A stretch of 64,000 nt of DNA from an uncultured Verrucomicrobiae bacterium (GTDB lineage Bacteria > Verrucomicrobiota > Verrucomicrobiia > Chthoniobacterales > Terrimicrobiaceae): contig CAVPOC010000003.1 of assembly GCA_963706955.1 (NCBI GenBank), positions 640,001-704,000 of the forward strand, given 5' to 3'. Under the pieces are notes generated by a model. That model was not told where the DNA came from. It made no database searches and saw nothing but the letters and a program-made list of their open reading frames with translations. The translations under genes were made by a program, and so were the position numbers. How positions within the stretch are numbered: position 1 is the stretch's first letter; every line of letters begins with the position of its first letter. Of the stretch, positions 20,244-30,601 are shown piece after piece.

Positions 20244-21899
20244 TCAGATCTTTTTCGAGAGGCGCTCGGCGAGGCGCTCCAGTGCGGGAGAGCGGTCCAT
20301 TGGATCGAGACGCGCGTCGATGATGTTGAGGTGAGCTGAATCAGCCTTGGCCGCGAGAAGAGCGCTGTCGAGTTCGTCTTCGGTCCTGGCGACAAAACCA
20401 CTCCCGCCGCCGATCACCTCCGGGATTTTGGAATATTCCCACGGGAGAATGTCGTTGTAGGGCCCATTGTGAATGTGCCGCTCAGTGCCATACCCCGCAT
20501 TGTTCAGCACAAGAATGATTGGATTCAAATTAAGTCGAAGGGCTGTCGCGATTTCCATGCCGGTCATTTGAAAGGCGCCATCACCAACAATGACCAAGGG
20601 GCGTAGAGATGGGTTGGCCAATTGCGCGCCAATGGCCGCGGGCACGGCAAATCCCATCGATGCGTAGTAAGCAGGCCCGAGAAACTCCGTGCGCCGCCGG
20701 ATGAAAAGGTCTGCCGCGCCGAAGAGCGCGTCCCCCACGTCAACGACGACAATGGTTTCATCGCTAAGAAAGGCGTCCAGCCGCTGAAAGAGGCGCTTTA
20801 CGGTCAGTTTGGCACGAGGTTCCACGCGAAACTCTGGCTCTTCTTCGGGACGGGGATGGGCGTTGCAATCACGCCGGCGCAGGTCGGCGGCGATGAGTCC
20901 GCGCATAAAGTCCTTGAAGCGCACGTCCTCGAAGGAGTGATAACGAATCGAAAGTTTTTCGCTGGTGGCACTGATGGAGCGGGCGGGGTCAAGCCGCGCA
21001 GTGTAAATGCCGAGATTGATATCGGTCATGAAGGTTCCAAGCATGATCACGCAATCACTGGACTCGACATAGACACGAACATCATCCCGGCCCATGGCAC
21101 CTTCGTAAACACCCAGACAAAGGGGATGTTGTTCGCTCATCACCGATTTCCCGAGAATCGTTGATGCGAAGGGAATGTTCGCCTTCTCGATCAACTCGAG
21201 CAGCAATTCCTGCAATCCAAACCTGTGAACTTCGACGTCGGCGAGAATCACCGGTTGACGCGCGGCATTGATCATGGCGACGGCTTCTCCGATGGCCTCC
21301 GCGAGAGCTGCCGGGTCGCTGGTTTCGTGAAGTTGAGCGGGAGAATGATGCTTGATGCCAAGACGCGCCACCATGTCACGGGGCAACTCGATGTAAACCG
21401 GCCGCTTGAAGCGCAACACAGCGTGAAGCACACGGTCTATCTCCTGAAAGGCGGTTTGCGGATCGCTCAACACGGCCGAGGCTACCGTCAGCTGCTCGAA
21501 GACCTTTCTCTGGGTGTCGAATTCCCGAACTTTATGGTGAAGGAGTGGGTTTCTCTCACGTTCCTTCATGCCGGGCGCACCACTGATCACCACCACAGGC
21601 GACTTCTCGGCAAAAGCCCCGGCAGTAGAATTGGCCACTTTGAGCCCGCCCACGCAATAGGTCACGCAAACCACACCGAGACCCCGAATACGCGCGTAGG
21701 CGTCCGCGGCGAACCCGGCGCCCTGCTCGTCGCACGTGGTCACCACCTTGAGCTCGCTGGCGACAAGTTGATCGTAGAAACCGAGAACATAGTCGCCGGG
21801 AATTCCAAAGACGTGGCGGACGCCCAGGGCATGCAAACGCGAGATCAAATAGTCGCCAATCGTTTGGCCAGTCTTCGCGGAGCTTTCAGACGCAAGCAT
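20244..21899 (-). CDS. ThDP-dependent alpha-keto acid decarboxylase (pyruvate/indolepyruvate decarboxylase family)
   Basis: FGIPGDY, DEQGAGFAADAYAR, the LLHH dyad and GDGAFQMT…LNNAGYGTER. Confidence 0.9.
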   Translation of the reverse strand: MLASESSAKTGQTIGDYLISRLHALGVRHVFGIPGDYVLGFYDQLVASELKVVTTCDEQGAGFAADAYARIRGLGVVCVTYCVGGLKVANSTAGAFAEKSPVVVISGAPGMKERERNPLLHHKVREFDTQRKVFEQLTVASAVLSDPQTAFQEIDRVLHAVLRFKRPVYIELPRDMVARLGIKHHSPAQLHETSDPAALAEAIGEAVAMINAARQPVILADVEVHRFGLQELLLELIEKANIPFASTILGKSVMSEQHPLCLGVYEGAMGRDDVRVYVESSDCVIMLGTFMTDINLGIYTARLDPARSISATSEKLSIRYHSFEDVRFKDFMRGLIAADLRRRDCNAHPRPEEEPEFRVEPRAKLTVKRLFQRLDAFLSDETIVVVDVGDALFGAADLFIRRRTEFLGPAYYASMGFAVPAAIGAQLANPSLRPLVIVGDGAFQMTGMEIATALRLNLNPIILVLNNAGYGTERHIHNGPYNDILPWEYSKIPEVIGGGSGFVARTEDELDSALLAAKADSAHLNIIDARLDPMDRSPALERLAERLSKKI

Positions 21900-21922
21900 A
21901 ACAACTTAGATGAACATGAATT

Positions 21923-22393
21923 CTACTTGGGGTGCCACTGAGTATAGGGATGCTCGCTCAAGTAGGAATTGAAGTAGCGCGGGTCGCCGGAGACTTCTTG
22001 ACCAATCCACGGGGGGATATCGATCGACTCATCTTCGCGCGAAAGTTCGATCTCTGCCAAGATAAGCCCCCGGTTGTCGCCGTGAAATTCGTCCACTTCC
22101 CAGCGCTTACCAGCAAATTTAATGACGTGGCGGGTCTTTTCGACCAATGGCCGAAGGCAAAGGTTCATCAGCTGCTGAGCGTCCGAGAGAGGAATAGGAT
22201 ATTCAAACTCCGGTCGGCTCGCACCCTGCACGATTCCTTTGATCGTGAGATACGCCGCCGAGCCGGCTAGCCGAATACGAACGATTCGCGCCACGTCTCG
22301 CGACAGATACCCCTGAATGTAGCTGGTCCCGGACGCGCCAGCGCGCCAGTCATTTCCCACCACCAGAAACTTGCGCTCAATTTCCGTACCCAC
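21923..22393 (-). CDS. CYTH-domain protein (triphosphate tunnel metalloenzyme)
   Basis: EIERKFLV, QGYL, EFEYPIP, WEVDEF and AEIEL. Confidence 0.92.
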   Translation of the reverse strand: MGTEIERKFLVVGNDWRAGASGTSYIQGYLSRDVARIVRIRLAGSAAYLTIKGIVQGASRPEFEYPIPLSDAQQLMNLCLRPLVEKTRHVIKFAGKRWEVDEFHGDNRGLILAEIELSREDESIDIPPWIGQEVSGDPRYFNSYLSEHPYTQWHPK

Positions 22394-22506
22394 ACCGACA
22401 GCTTGCCCAAAATCTGCGGGAGAGGCAAACCTAAGCGTCGAACTCGTAGTGGACTACTGCCAGGAACTGAGACCCTGAAGCCAAGCCGCGCCTCCGAAGC
22501 AATTGC

Positions 22507-25500
22507 TTAGGAAGCGAGAGCGGGCTCCTCGTCCCGCAGCGAGACCGTTGGCTCGGATGTCTTTTTGCGGGTTCTCGCAATGACAACATAGATGGCGGGA
22601 ACGACGAAGAGCGTAAAGGCCGTTCCAATAATCATACCGGTCACCAGCACGGTTCCAATGCTGTTGCGGGCCGCTGCGCCAGGACCGTGCGCCAGGATCA
22701 GCGGAGTATGACCCGCCACGGTCGCCGCGGTGGTCATGAGAATTGGACGCAGCCGAGTCGCCGCTGCCTGGATCACCGCCCGAACCTTATCGAGCCCCTC
22801 CTCCTGCAGGTGGTTGGCAAACTCAACAATAAGAATGCCATTCTTGGAGACGAGGCCGACCAGCGTGATCAGACCCACCTGGCTATAGATGTTCACCGAA
22901 GTGAATCCCAGGAAGGCGAACATCAACGCCCCAGAAAGCGCCAGCGGCACCGACCCGAAAAGGATTATAAACGGGTCCCGGAAGCTCTCGAACTGCGCGG
23001 CGAGAACCAAGAAGATCAAAATAAAGGAGAGGACCATTGTCGTGACCAGCGCGTTCCCTTCCTTGCGCAGCTGACGTGATTCTCCGGCGTAGTCGATGAC
23101 ACTTCCTGGAGGCAGGATCTTCCTCGCCTCATCTTCAAGAACCTTCAGAGCCTGATCCTTCGAGACACCCGGCGAGATCGCGCCTTGGATCGTGGCGGAG
23201 TTGAGCTGCTGGAAACGCTTGAGCTCTCGCGGCTCCGTTGTGTTCTTCAAAGTCGCAAAGGTGGAAAGTTGAACCATCCGGCCATCCGGACCACTCACAT
23301 AAATGTCTTTGAGCTGATCGACGGTCAGTCGATCCGTGCGTTTGATCTGCGGGATCACCTTGTAACTGCGGCCCTGGTTGCTGAAGCGATTGACGTAATT
23401 TCCGCTCAGCATCGTGGAAAGGTCCGCCCCAACCTTTTGGAGGTTTAGTCCAAGCGCTGCGACCTTGTCGCGATCGAAGACGACCTCGGTTTGAGGTTGA
23501 TCATACTTTAGGTCGGTATCCGCAAACATGAAGACTCCGCTCTCGAAGGCCTTCGCGACAAGCTTGTTGGCCACTTCGAGAAGCTCCCGCGGCTCGGCAG
23601 TAGAGGCGATGACCAGCTCGATCGGGAAATTGCTACCACCAGGAAGAGGTGCAGGTGTGATCGGGATAACCTGCAAGCCGGCGATGGAGCCGGTCTTAGG
23701 AAACAATTCGGCGGCGATTTGTTCGGTCGTGCGTTCGCGTTCGTTCCAGGGCACCGTGACCAGACCTCCGAAACCGCCGGTAGGACTGCTGATCTGGAAT
23801 GTGTTCGACACCTCAGGCGCCGAGCGGAATGCCTTGTTGATCTCATCGGCAAAGAGCGTCACTTGGTCAAGGGTGGCGTTCGCGGGCGCCTTGACGATTC
23901 CAAAGATAAATCCCTGATCCTCATTCGGCGCCAATTCCGTTTTCGAAAACATGAGAAAGGGAGCCCAAAGCACTCCAATTACCGCACAAAACGCGATCAC
24001 TGCCCAGCGCTGCCCGATGGTCACACCGAGCACGCGCATGTAGAAATTTCTCAGCCGATCGAACTGCCGGTTGATCCACCCCGCAAAGCCCCTCTCGGCA
24101 TCTCCCTCACGCAGCAATTTGGAAGACATCATCGGGGAAAGGGTTAGCGCGACCACACCGGACACGATGACTGCGCCAGCCAGGGTGAAGGCGAACTCGC
24201 GAAAGAGCGCCCCCGTCAAGCCTCCCTGAATTCCGATCGGGGTGTAAACGGCCGCCAGCGTGATGGTCATGGCAATAATTGGACCGACCAATTCCCTGGC
24301 TCCCTTGAGGGCAGCTTCCAGCGGGTTCTCTCCCTCCTGCAGATGGCGCTCGACATTCTCGACCATTACGATGGCGTCATCGACAACAAGCCCGACCGCG
24401 AGAACGATCGCCAAGAGCGTGAGAAGATTGATGGTAAAGCCCGCCAGCATCATCAAGAAGACCGCGCCGATCAGCGAAATCGGAATCGCCACGACTGGAA
24501 TGATCACCGTGCGCAGCGACCCCATGAAGAGAAAGATCACAATGATGACGATGAGCAACGTCTCACTCAGGGTCTTTAAGACATCTTTGATCGCGCTTTC
24601 AATGTAGACCGTCGCATCGTAGGCAATCTTTGCTTGCATGCCCGCGGGCAGCCGGCTTTGAATTTCCGGCATCGCTTCGCGCACACTTCTGACTACATCC
24701 AGAGTGTTGGCATTCGGCAGTGGCCAGACCCCCATGAAGGTCGCCTTCTGACCACTGAATCGCACGTCGTCGTCGTAGGATTCGGCGCCGAGAACCACAT
24801 CGGCAATGTCGCCGAGGCGAACAATGGCGCCTTTGTCCTGACGGATTACCAGGGAACGAAATTCTTCAGCGGTCTTGAGATCGGTGTTAGCGACCAAATT
24901 AACCGCGATCATTGATCCCTTCGTCTTGCCAACAGCAGCGAGATAATTATTCGCCTGGAGGGCCGCCTGGACCTCGGCAGGCGTAAGGTTCAAAGAAGCC
25001 AGCTTGTCCGGCTTGAGCCAGATTCGCATGGCAAATACCCTGCCGCCGAGGATGTCGGCACGCTGGACTCCAGGAATCGACGAAAGCCGCGGCTGAACGA
25101 CTCGGGTGAGGAAGTCAGTGATTTGATTCTGATCGAGATCCTGGGAATAGAAGCTCAGGTACATCGCCGCGAATTCGGAATCCTTCGACTCCACTTCAAT
25201 GATCGGCGCCTCCGCCTCCGGGGGAAGATCGTTGCGCACCTGAGCCACTTTGGCCTGAATCTGCGTAAGAGCGGCGTTGGTATCGAAGTTCAAACGCAGA
25301 TGCACGGTGATCGTGCTGAGGCCCTGCGTGCTCGAAGAGTCCATGTAGTCAATGCCATCTGCGCTCGCGATAACACGCTCGAGCGGAGTGGTGATATATC
25401 CGCGGACCAGATCAGCGCTCGCCCCGATGTAAGCCGTCTCGATCGTCACCACGGCAATATCGCTGCGCGGATACTGGCGAACGTTGAGCGTGTTAATCGA

Positions 25501-25581
25501 AACCAGCCCTGCAATCAGTATCAGCAGGTTTACGACCATCGCGAGGACTGGCCGACGGATAAAGAGGTCGGTGATTTTCAT
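22507..25581 (-). CDS. RND efflux permease (MexW/MexI-like)
   Basis: 1024 aa with FIRRPVLA, VRQYP, GLVVDDAIVMVEN, SKNGILIVEFA and RLRPILMT. Confidence 0.93.
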   Translation of the reverse strand: MKITDLFIRRPVLAMVVNLLILIAGLVSINTLNVRQYPRSDIAVVTIETAYIGASADLVRGYITTPLERVIASADGIDYMDSSSTQGLSTITVHLRLNFDTNAALTQIQAKVAQVRNDLPPEAEAPIIEVESKDSEFAAMYLSFYSQDLDQNQITDFLTRVVQPRLSSIPGVQRADILGGRVFAMRIWLKPDKLASLNLTPAEVQAALQANNYLAAVGKTKGSMIAVNLVANTDLKTAEEFRSLVIRQDKGAIVRLGDIADVVLGAESYDDDVRFSGQKATFMGVWPLPNANTLDVVRSVREAMPEIQSRLPAGMQAKIAYDATVYIESAIKDVLKTLSETLLIVIIVIFLFMGSLRTVIIPVVAIPISLIGAVFLMMLAGFTINLLTLLAIVLAVGLVVDDAIVMVENVERHLQEGENPLEAALKGARELVGPIIAMTITLAAVYTPIGIQGGLTGALFREFAFTLAGAVIVSGVVALTLSPMMSSKLLREGDAERGFAGWINRQFDRLRNFYMRVLGVTIGQRWAVIAFCAVIGVLWAPFLMFSKTELAPNEDQGFIFGIVKAPANATLDQVTLFADEINKAFRSAPEVSNTFQISSPTGGFGGLVTVPWNERERTTEQIAAELFPKTGSIAGLQVIPITPAPLPGGSNFPIELVIASTAEPRELLEVANKLVAKAFESGVFMFADTDLKYDQPQTEVVFDRDKVAALGLNLQKVGADLSTMLSGNYVNRFSNQGRSYKVIPQIKRTDRLTVDQLKDIYVSGPDGRMVQLSTFATLKNTTEPRELKRFQQLNSATIQGAISPGVSKDQALKVLEDEARKILPPGSVIDYAGESRQLRKEGNALVTTMVLSFILIFLVLAAQFESFRDPFIILFGSVPLALSGALMFAFLGFTSVNIYSQVGLITLVGLVSKNGILIVEFANHLQEEGLDKVRAVIQAAATRLRPILMTTAATVAGHTPLILAHGPGAAARNSIGTVLVTGMIIGTAFTLFVVPAIYVVIARTRKKTSEPTVSLRDEEPALAS

Positions 25582-25654
25582 CGGCTTCAGCTGTGGCGGC
25601 GCCGCGCGGCGCTCATCGCTGGCATTTTACAACAATGGAAACTCCCACACACGC

Positions 25655-26788
25655 TTAGGTGTCCTCCGGGGTCGGAGATTCGCTATTTTCGGGCAGGATG
25701 CTGTTGTTGACTTGGACATGAACCCCGGGGCGCAACTTAAACACTCCCGAAGTGACCACTTCTTCGCCGGGTTTAACGCCCGAGAGTACGGCGACACGAT
25801 CGCCGCGTGTTTCGCCGACCTTTACGACTTGCTGACGCACCCCGCGGTATGGTTTGCCGTCAGGACCCTTCATCTCCTCGATGATGTAAACCATGTCGCC
25901 ATAAGGCGCATACTGGATCGCCGTCGCCGGAAGCACCACGTGATTCGCGGTCGCCGAGAGCGGCACCTCAGTATTCACAAACATTCCCGGCCGCAACAAA
26001 GCCTTCGGGTTCGCCAAGGTCGCCTGCACCCGAACGTTACGCGTTGCCTCGTCAATCACAGCATCCACAGCATTAATTTTTCCCTCGAATTCAAGGTCGG
26101 GCAAGCCATCGGCACGAACACGAACCGACTGCCCCGCCGCGATCTGCCCAAAATTTTGCTGCGGTAGCCAAAAATTAACATAGATCGGATCAAGTGACTG
26201 CAGCGGTGCAACCTGCGCTCCACTTTGAAGATATTGGCCAAGGTTCACGGCACGAATGCCCAGCACTCCGCTGAATGGCGCGCGAATTGTTTTCTTGTTG
26301 ATGAGAGCCTTAACCTCCTCGACGCGTGCGACCGCTTGATCGAACTGCGCCTTGACGCTGTCGTAATCCGCCTGCGAACTCACGCGACCCTTTAGCAAGT
26401 TCTCCTGCCGGGCCAGATTCGCCTGGGCGAGCCGCATCTGGGCTTCTGCAGAACGGAGCTGCGCCAACTCCTGGCTCACCTCTAATTGAACCAACAGATC
26501 ACCTTCCTTCACCGTGTGTCCAGATTCGAAAGCGATCTTTTGCACGATTCCCGGCTCGTCTGTGCTTACGGTCACGCCTTGGACCGCCGCGGTGGACCCG
26601 ACCGCCCTTAAGGAAGGCACCCACTCCTCTTCCTTCGCAACGACCGAGGTTACCGACTCAGGCGGCGGAGTGAAATTCGCGTATTCCGCGATCGCCTTTC
26701 GCACCTGAAAGAACTTGATCCCGCCAAGGGCGAAAACAATGGCAACACCCGCGAGAAACGCCACTACGATGAGTCCTGCTTTCTTCAT
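25655..26788 (-). CDS. RND periplasmic adaptor (membrane fusion protein, MexV/MexH-like)
   Basis: N-terminal TM, IRAPFSG and LRPGMF. ATG 26788 overlaps the MarR stop (ATGA). Confidence 0.9.
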   Translation of the reverse strand: MKKAGLIVVAFLAGVAIVFALGGIKFFQVRKAIAEYANFTPPPESVTSVVAKEEEWVPSLRAVGSTAAVQGVTVSTDEPGIVQKIAFESGHTVKEGDLLVQLEVSQELAQLRSAEAQMRLAQANLARQENLLKGRVSSQADYDSVKAQFDQAVARVEEVKALINKKTIRAPFSGVLGIRAVNLGQYLQSGAQVAPLQSLDPIYVNFWLPQQNFGQIAAGQSVRVRADGLPDLEFEGKINAVDAVIDEATRNVRVQATLANPKALLRPGMFVNTEVPLSATANHVVLPATAIQYAPYGDMVYIIEEMKGPDGKPYRGVRQQVVKVGETRGDRVAVLSGVKPGEEVVTSGVFKLRPGVHVQVNNSILPENSESPTPEDT

Positions 26789-27308
26789 GAATTGAAATGG
26801 CCGCACCGCTCGGAGAAAGCCTTTTGAGTTTTTCGTAATAGCGCCACCAGCTGGCTCTGCTCCCGGGCGCTCAACGCCGAAAGTATGCCCTCCGTCCAGC
26901 GGACCAAAAGTGGCTGCACTTTGTGGAGAAGCGCACGCCCCTTCGAAGTGATCTTCACGCACGAAGCCCTCCGATCGCGAACATCATCAGTCCGCTCCAC
27001 GAAACCCGCCTTCTCGAGCGTATCCAATAAGCCGGTGATCGTGGCCCGGCTTACGCTAGCGTGTTCAGCAAGCTCTGAGGAACGCAGGCTACCATTCTCT
27101 GAATTGTCCAACAAAACCAGAACGATTAACCGCGCCTGATTAAGACCATGCCGCGCAAGAAAAGTCGCCTCCCCTTGAGAGACCACGTCCCCGTGTGCAG
27201 GATATTCAAAAAGAGCTGGCAAATCGAGGGATCCGCCCCCGGCACACGCGCAGTCGCCGCTTGCAGACACTCGTACCTCGGAACCTCCTTCAGTAGTAAA
27301 TAGGGCAC
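26785..27308 (-). CDS. MarR-family transcriptional regulator, with an apparent frameshift at about 27190
   Basis: The N-terminus MPYLLLKEVPRYECL…FLNILHTG (27126..27308 frame) joins DVVSQGE…SELAEHASVSRATITGLLDTLEKAGFVER…DRR if one G is added to the run at 27189-27192. Confidence 0.85.
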
Positions 27309-27324
27309 CCTCCAAGCTGAATGC

Positions 27325-27367
27325 GACTTATTATTAAGTCAACAAATAATCAGGCGCCTTATTATTT
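27325..27367. promoter_or_regulatory. Two AT-rich palindromes upstream of marR (candidate operators)
   Basis: GACTTA-TTAT-TAAGTC (27325-27340) and AAATAATCAGGCGCCTTATTATTT (27344-27367, one mismatched pair). A minus-strand TTGACT (27343-27338) overlaps the first and lies between the two. Confidence 0.6.
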
Positions 27368-27406
27368 ATGAGGGTCGCTCCCGATGCGACGTTCCTCGCG
27401 GCGAAA

Positions 27407-30400
27407 CTAGGCGGCCGTAACAGGTTCTAGCGGCGCCTTGACCTTGGGAAGCATCGCCTTCTTCTTGGGGGTAGTGAGCCGTCGAATGACCACATAAAAC
27501 ACGGGCGTAAGGAACAGTCCGAAAAGCGTCACGCCGAGCATTCCGGAAAAGACCGCGGTCCCAAGCGCACGTCGCAGTTCATAGCCGGCACCGCTGGCCA
27601 GCGCCAGGGGAACCACGCCAAGGATGAAAGAGAAGGAGGTCATCAGGATTGGTCGCAAGCGAAGTCGGCTCGCATCGATCGCCGCCTCGAGCGGCGTCTT
27701 GCCGTCACGTTCTTCACTCAGCTTGGCATACTCCACAATAAGGATGGCGTTCTTGCTCGCCAGACCGATCAGAACGACAAATCCGATTTGCGTAAAAATG
27801 TTGTTGTCGCCGCCGGAGATGGAGATGCCGACCAAGGAGAATAAGACGCACAGCGGCACAATTAAGATAATTGCCAGTGGCAGACTCCAATTCTCATATA
27901 AGGCCGCCAGCACCAGAAAAACGAAGAGAACGCAGATAGGAAAAACATAGAGCGCGCTGTTGCCGGCTTTCAGCTCTTGGAGCGCAGTCTCCGTCCATTC
28001 GTACCCGTAGTTGCGCGGCAAAGTATCCCTGGCAAGTTGTTCCATGGCCTTGATGGTTTCCCCCGTGCTGTAGCCGGTCGCGGGATTGCCGTTGAGCTCC
28101 GCCGCGGGAAACAGGTTAAAACGCGGGACGCGCGATGGCGCATTGATTTGACGGAGCTCAACGAGGCTGCCTAAGGGCACCATCTCACCGTCGGCGTTGC
28201 GTGTTTGCAAACGAAGAATATCATCTGGGCGCGCCCGAAAATTGCCATCTGCCTGCGCGGTGACCTGGAACGGCTTTCCGAATAGGGTCAGGTCATTCAC
28301 GTAGATGGACCCCAGATAGAATTGAAGCGCTTCCGAGATCGCGGTCACGTCTACTCCCTTGCTCTTGGCCTGGATGCGATTGATGTCGGCAAAGATCTGC
28401 GGAGTACTCGCCCGGAAGAGCGTGAACATGCGGGCCAACTCTGGGCGGGAAGACGCCTTCGCGATCGGTCCCTGCAATGCCTTTTCCAGCGCGTCTGGAG
28501 TGCCGCCGCCGCGATCCTGGACCATCAGCTTTACTCCTCCGGTGGTACCCAATCCCCGCACTGAGGGAGCTGGAAAAGCCAGCACGCGCGCTTCGCGGAT
28601 CTCTGCAAACTTCGGCTGGATCGCCTCCTGGATGCCGCGAAGCGACTTCGCTGAGTCCTTTTTCCGTTCCTCAAAGGGCTCAAAGATGCAAATGACTGTT
28701 CCGCTATTCGAGGCGGTCGCTTGCGTGATAATCGAGCTTCCGATCCGATTGATCGTGTGAGCGACACCCGGAGTGGACTTCAGAATATCCTCGACCTGGT
28801 TCATCACCTGCTCGGTCCGTTCGAGCGACGCACCTTCGGGCAGCTCCACGTTGACAAACATAACGCCTTGGTCGGTCTCGGGGATAAAGCCGGTGGGAAC
28901 TTTTTGGAACATGTAACCCGTCAAGACCAAGAGCCCGCCGTAGACCACGAGAACGAGAAGGCTCCACCGAATGAGCTTTCTTAGGATGCGAATGTAAATA
29001 GCCTTGAATCCCTCGAAGGTGCGATTGAAGAGTCGGAAGAACCAGCCCAGCACGCCGTCGAGTGCTCGCCCGAGGAGGTCCTTTCGCTCCTTGGGCGACT
29101 GCAGAAACAAGGCGCACATGGCAGGACTTAACGTCAGGGAATTCACCATCGAGAGGATCGTCGAGAAGGCGATCGTTAAGGCGAACTGCCGGTAAAAAGA
29201 ACCTGTCAATCCCGGGATGAACGCCGTGGGGATGAAGACACAGGAGAGCACGGCCGTGATGGCGACGATCGGCCCTGCCACCTCGCTCATTGCCTTGATG
29301 GTGGCCTCTCGTCGCGCCAAGCCCTCGGCCATGTGATGCTCAACCGCCTCGACGACCACAATCGCATCGTCCACCACGATGCCGATAGCCAGCACCAGAC
29401 CAAGGAGCGTCAACAGGTTGAGAGAAAACCCAAAGGCCAGCATGACAGCAAAAGTTCCGATCAAGGAGACCGGCACGGCCATGATCGGAATCAGTGTCGA
29501 GCGCCAGCTTTGTAGAAAGACAAGAACCACGAAAACGACCAGGAGGAAGGCTTCGATGATCGTCTCCATTACCGAGAGGATGGCCTCTTTCACGAACATG
29601 GTGGTGTCGTAGATAATCCGGTAGTCGACACCCGGCGGGAACCGCTCCTTGAGCTTCTGCATCTCCGCTCGGACGCGCTTGGAAACTTCGAGCGCATTCG
29701 AGCCCGGTGCCTGAAAAATGCCGATATTGATGGCGGGGTTGCCGTCCAAACGGGAGATGACCGTGTAATCTTTGGCGCCGAGGTCGACCCGCGCGACATC
29801 CTTCAGGCGCACCACCTCGCCATTCTCTCCGGTCTTGACGACGATGTTTTCGAACTGTTCGACGTTCTCCAGCCGCCCCTGCGTGGTGACCGTCATTTGA
29901 TAATCAAGCCCAGAGGGAGCCGGTTGACCGCCGACGTTTCCCGCCGCGATCTGGACATTCTGCTCGCGCAGGGCGCGGACGATGTCCCCAGCTGTCATGC
30001 CCAAGGCGGCGATCTTTTCAGGATTCAACCAGATACGCATCGAGTAGTCCCGGGCCCCAAAGAACTGGATGTCGCCCACCCCTTTGATGCGAGCCAAGTA
30101 ATCGCTCACCTGCAAAAAGGCGTAGTTCGAAAGGTAGAGGTCGTTATAACGGCCATCCGGCGAGACCATGCTCACGGCCATGGTGAAGTCTGGCGAGCGC
30201 TTCCGAACGACCACGCCGTTGCTGCGGACGACCTCCGGCAGCTTGGACTCGGCAGCTTGAACTCGATTCTGCACCAGCACTTGGGCGGTGTCGGGATCGG
30301 TCCCTGGCTCGAAGGTCACCGTGATGGTCATTTGACCATCCGATGTCGAGGTGGACGCAATGTAGAGCATGTTGTCCACGCCGTTGATCTGTTGTTCGAT

Positions 30401-30601
30401 CGGAGCGGCGACAGTGCTCGCGACGGTTTCGGCGTTGGCCCCAGCATAGGTCGCCGTCACCGTGACGGTGGGTGGAACGATGTTTGGATACTGCGCCACC
30501 GGCAAGTTGAACAAAGCGATGACGCCGACGAACACCGTCACAATCGCAATGACCGATGCGAAGATCGGGCGATCGATGAAAAATCTGGGAATCCCGCCCA
30601 T
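27407..30601 (-). CDS. RND efflux permease (HAE1, MexF-like)
   Basis: 1064 aa with FFIDRPIFA, LPVAQYP, GIVVDDAIVVVE, SKNAILIVE and RLRLRPILMTS. Confidence 0.94.
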   Translation of the reverse strand: MGGIPRFFIDRPIFASVIAIVTVFVGVIALFNLPVAQYPNIVPPTVTVTATYAGANAETVASTVAAPIEQQINGVDNMLYIASTSTSDGQMTITVTFEPGTDPDTAQVLVQNRVQAAESKLPEVVRSNGVVVRKRSPDFTMAVSMVSPDGRYNDLYLSNYAFLQVSDYLARIKGVGDIQFFGARDYSMRIWLNPEKIAALGMTAGDIVRALREQNVQIAAGNVGGQPAPSGLDYQMTVTTQGRLENVEQFENIVVKTGENGEVVRLKDVARVDLGAKDYTVISRLDGNPAINIGIFQAPGSNALEVSKRVRAEMQKLKERFPPGVDYRIIYDTTMFVKEAILSVMETIIEAFLLVVFVVLVFLQSWRSTLIPIMAVPVSLIGTFAVMLAFGFSLNLLTLLGLVLAIGIVVDDAIVVVEAVEHHMAEGLARREATIKAMSEVAGPIVAITAVLSCVFIPTAFIPGLTGSFYRQFALTIAFSTILSMVNSLTLSPAMCALFLQSPKERKDLLGRALDGVLGWFFRLFNRTFEGFKAIYIRILRKLIRWSLLVLVVYGGLLVLTGYMFQKVPTGFIPETDQGVMFVNVELPEGASLERTEQVMNQVEDILKSTPGVAHTINRIGSSIITQATASNSGTVICIFEPFEERKKDSAKSLRGIQEAIQPKFAEIREARVLAFPAPSVRGLGTTGGVKLMVQDRGGGTPDALEKALQGPIAKASSRPELARMFTLFRASTPQIFADINRIQAKSKGVDVTAISEALQFYLGSIYVNDLTLFGKPFQVTAQADGNFRARPDDILRLQTRNADGEMVPLGSLVELRQINAPSRVPRFNLFPAAELNGNPATGYSTGETIKAMEQLARDTLPRNYGYEWTETALQELKAGNSALYVFPICVLFVFLVLAALYENWSLPLAIILIVPLCVLFSLVGISISGGDNNIFTQIGFVVLIGLASKNAILIVEYAKLSEERDGKTPLEAAIDASRLRLRPILMTSFSFILGVVPLALASGAGYELRRALGTAVFSGMLGVTLFGLFLTPVFYVVIRRLTTPKKKAMLPKVKAPLEPVTAA

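Noticed and set aside
27190..27315. MarR N-terminus MEGALFTTEGG from the ORF track
   Set aside because: The alternative frame from GTG 27308 gives a more plausible helical N-terminus.
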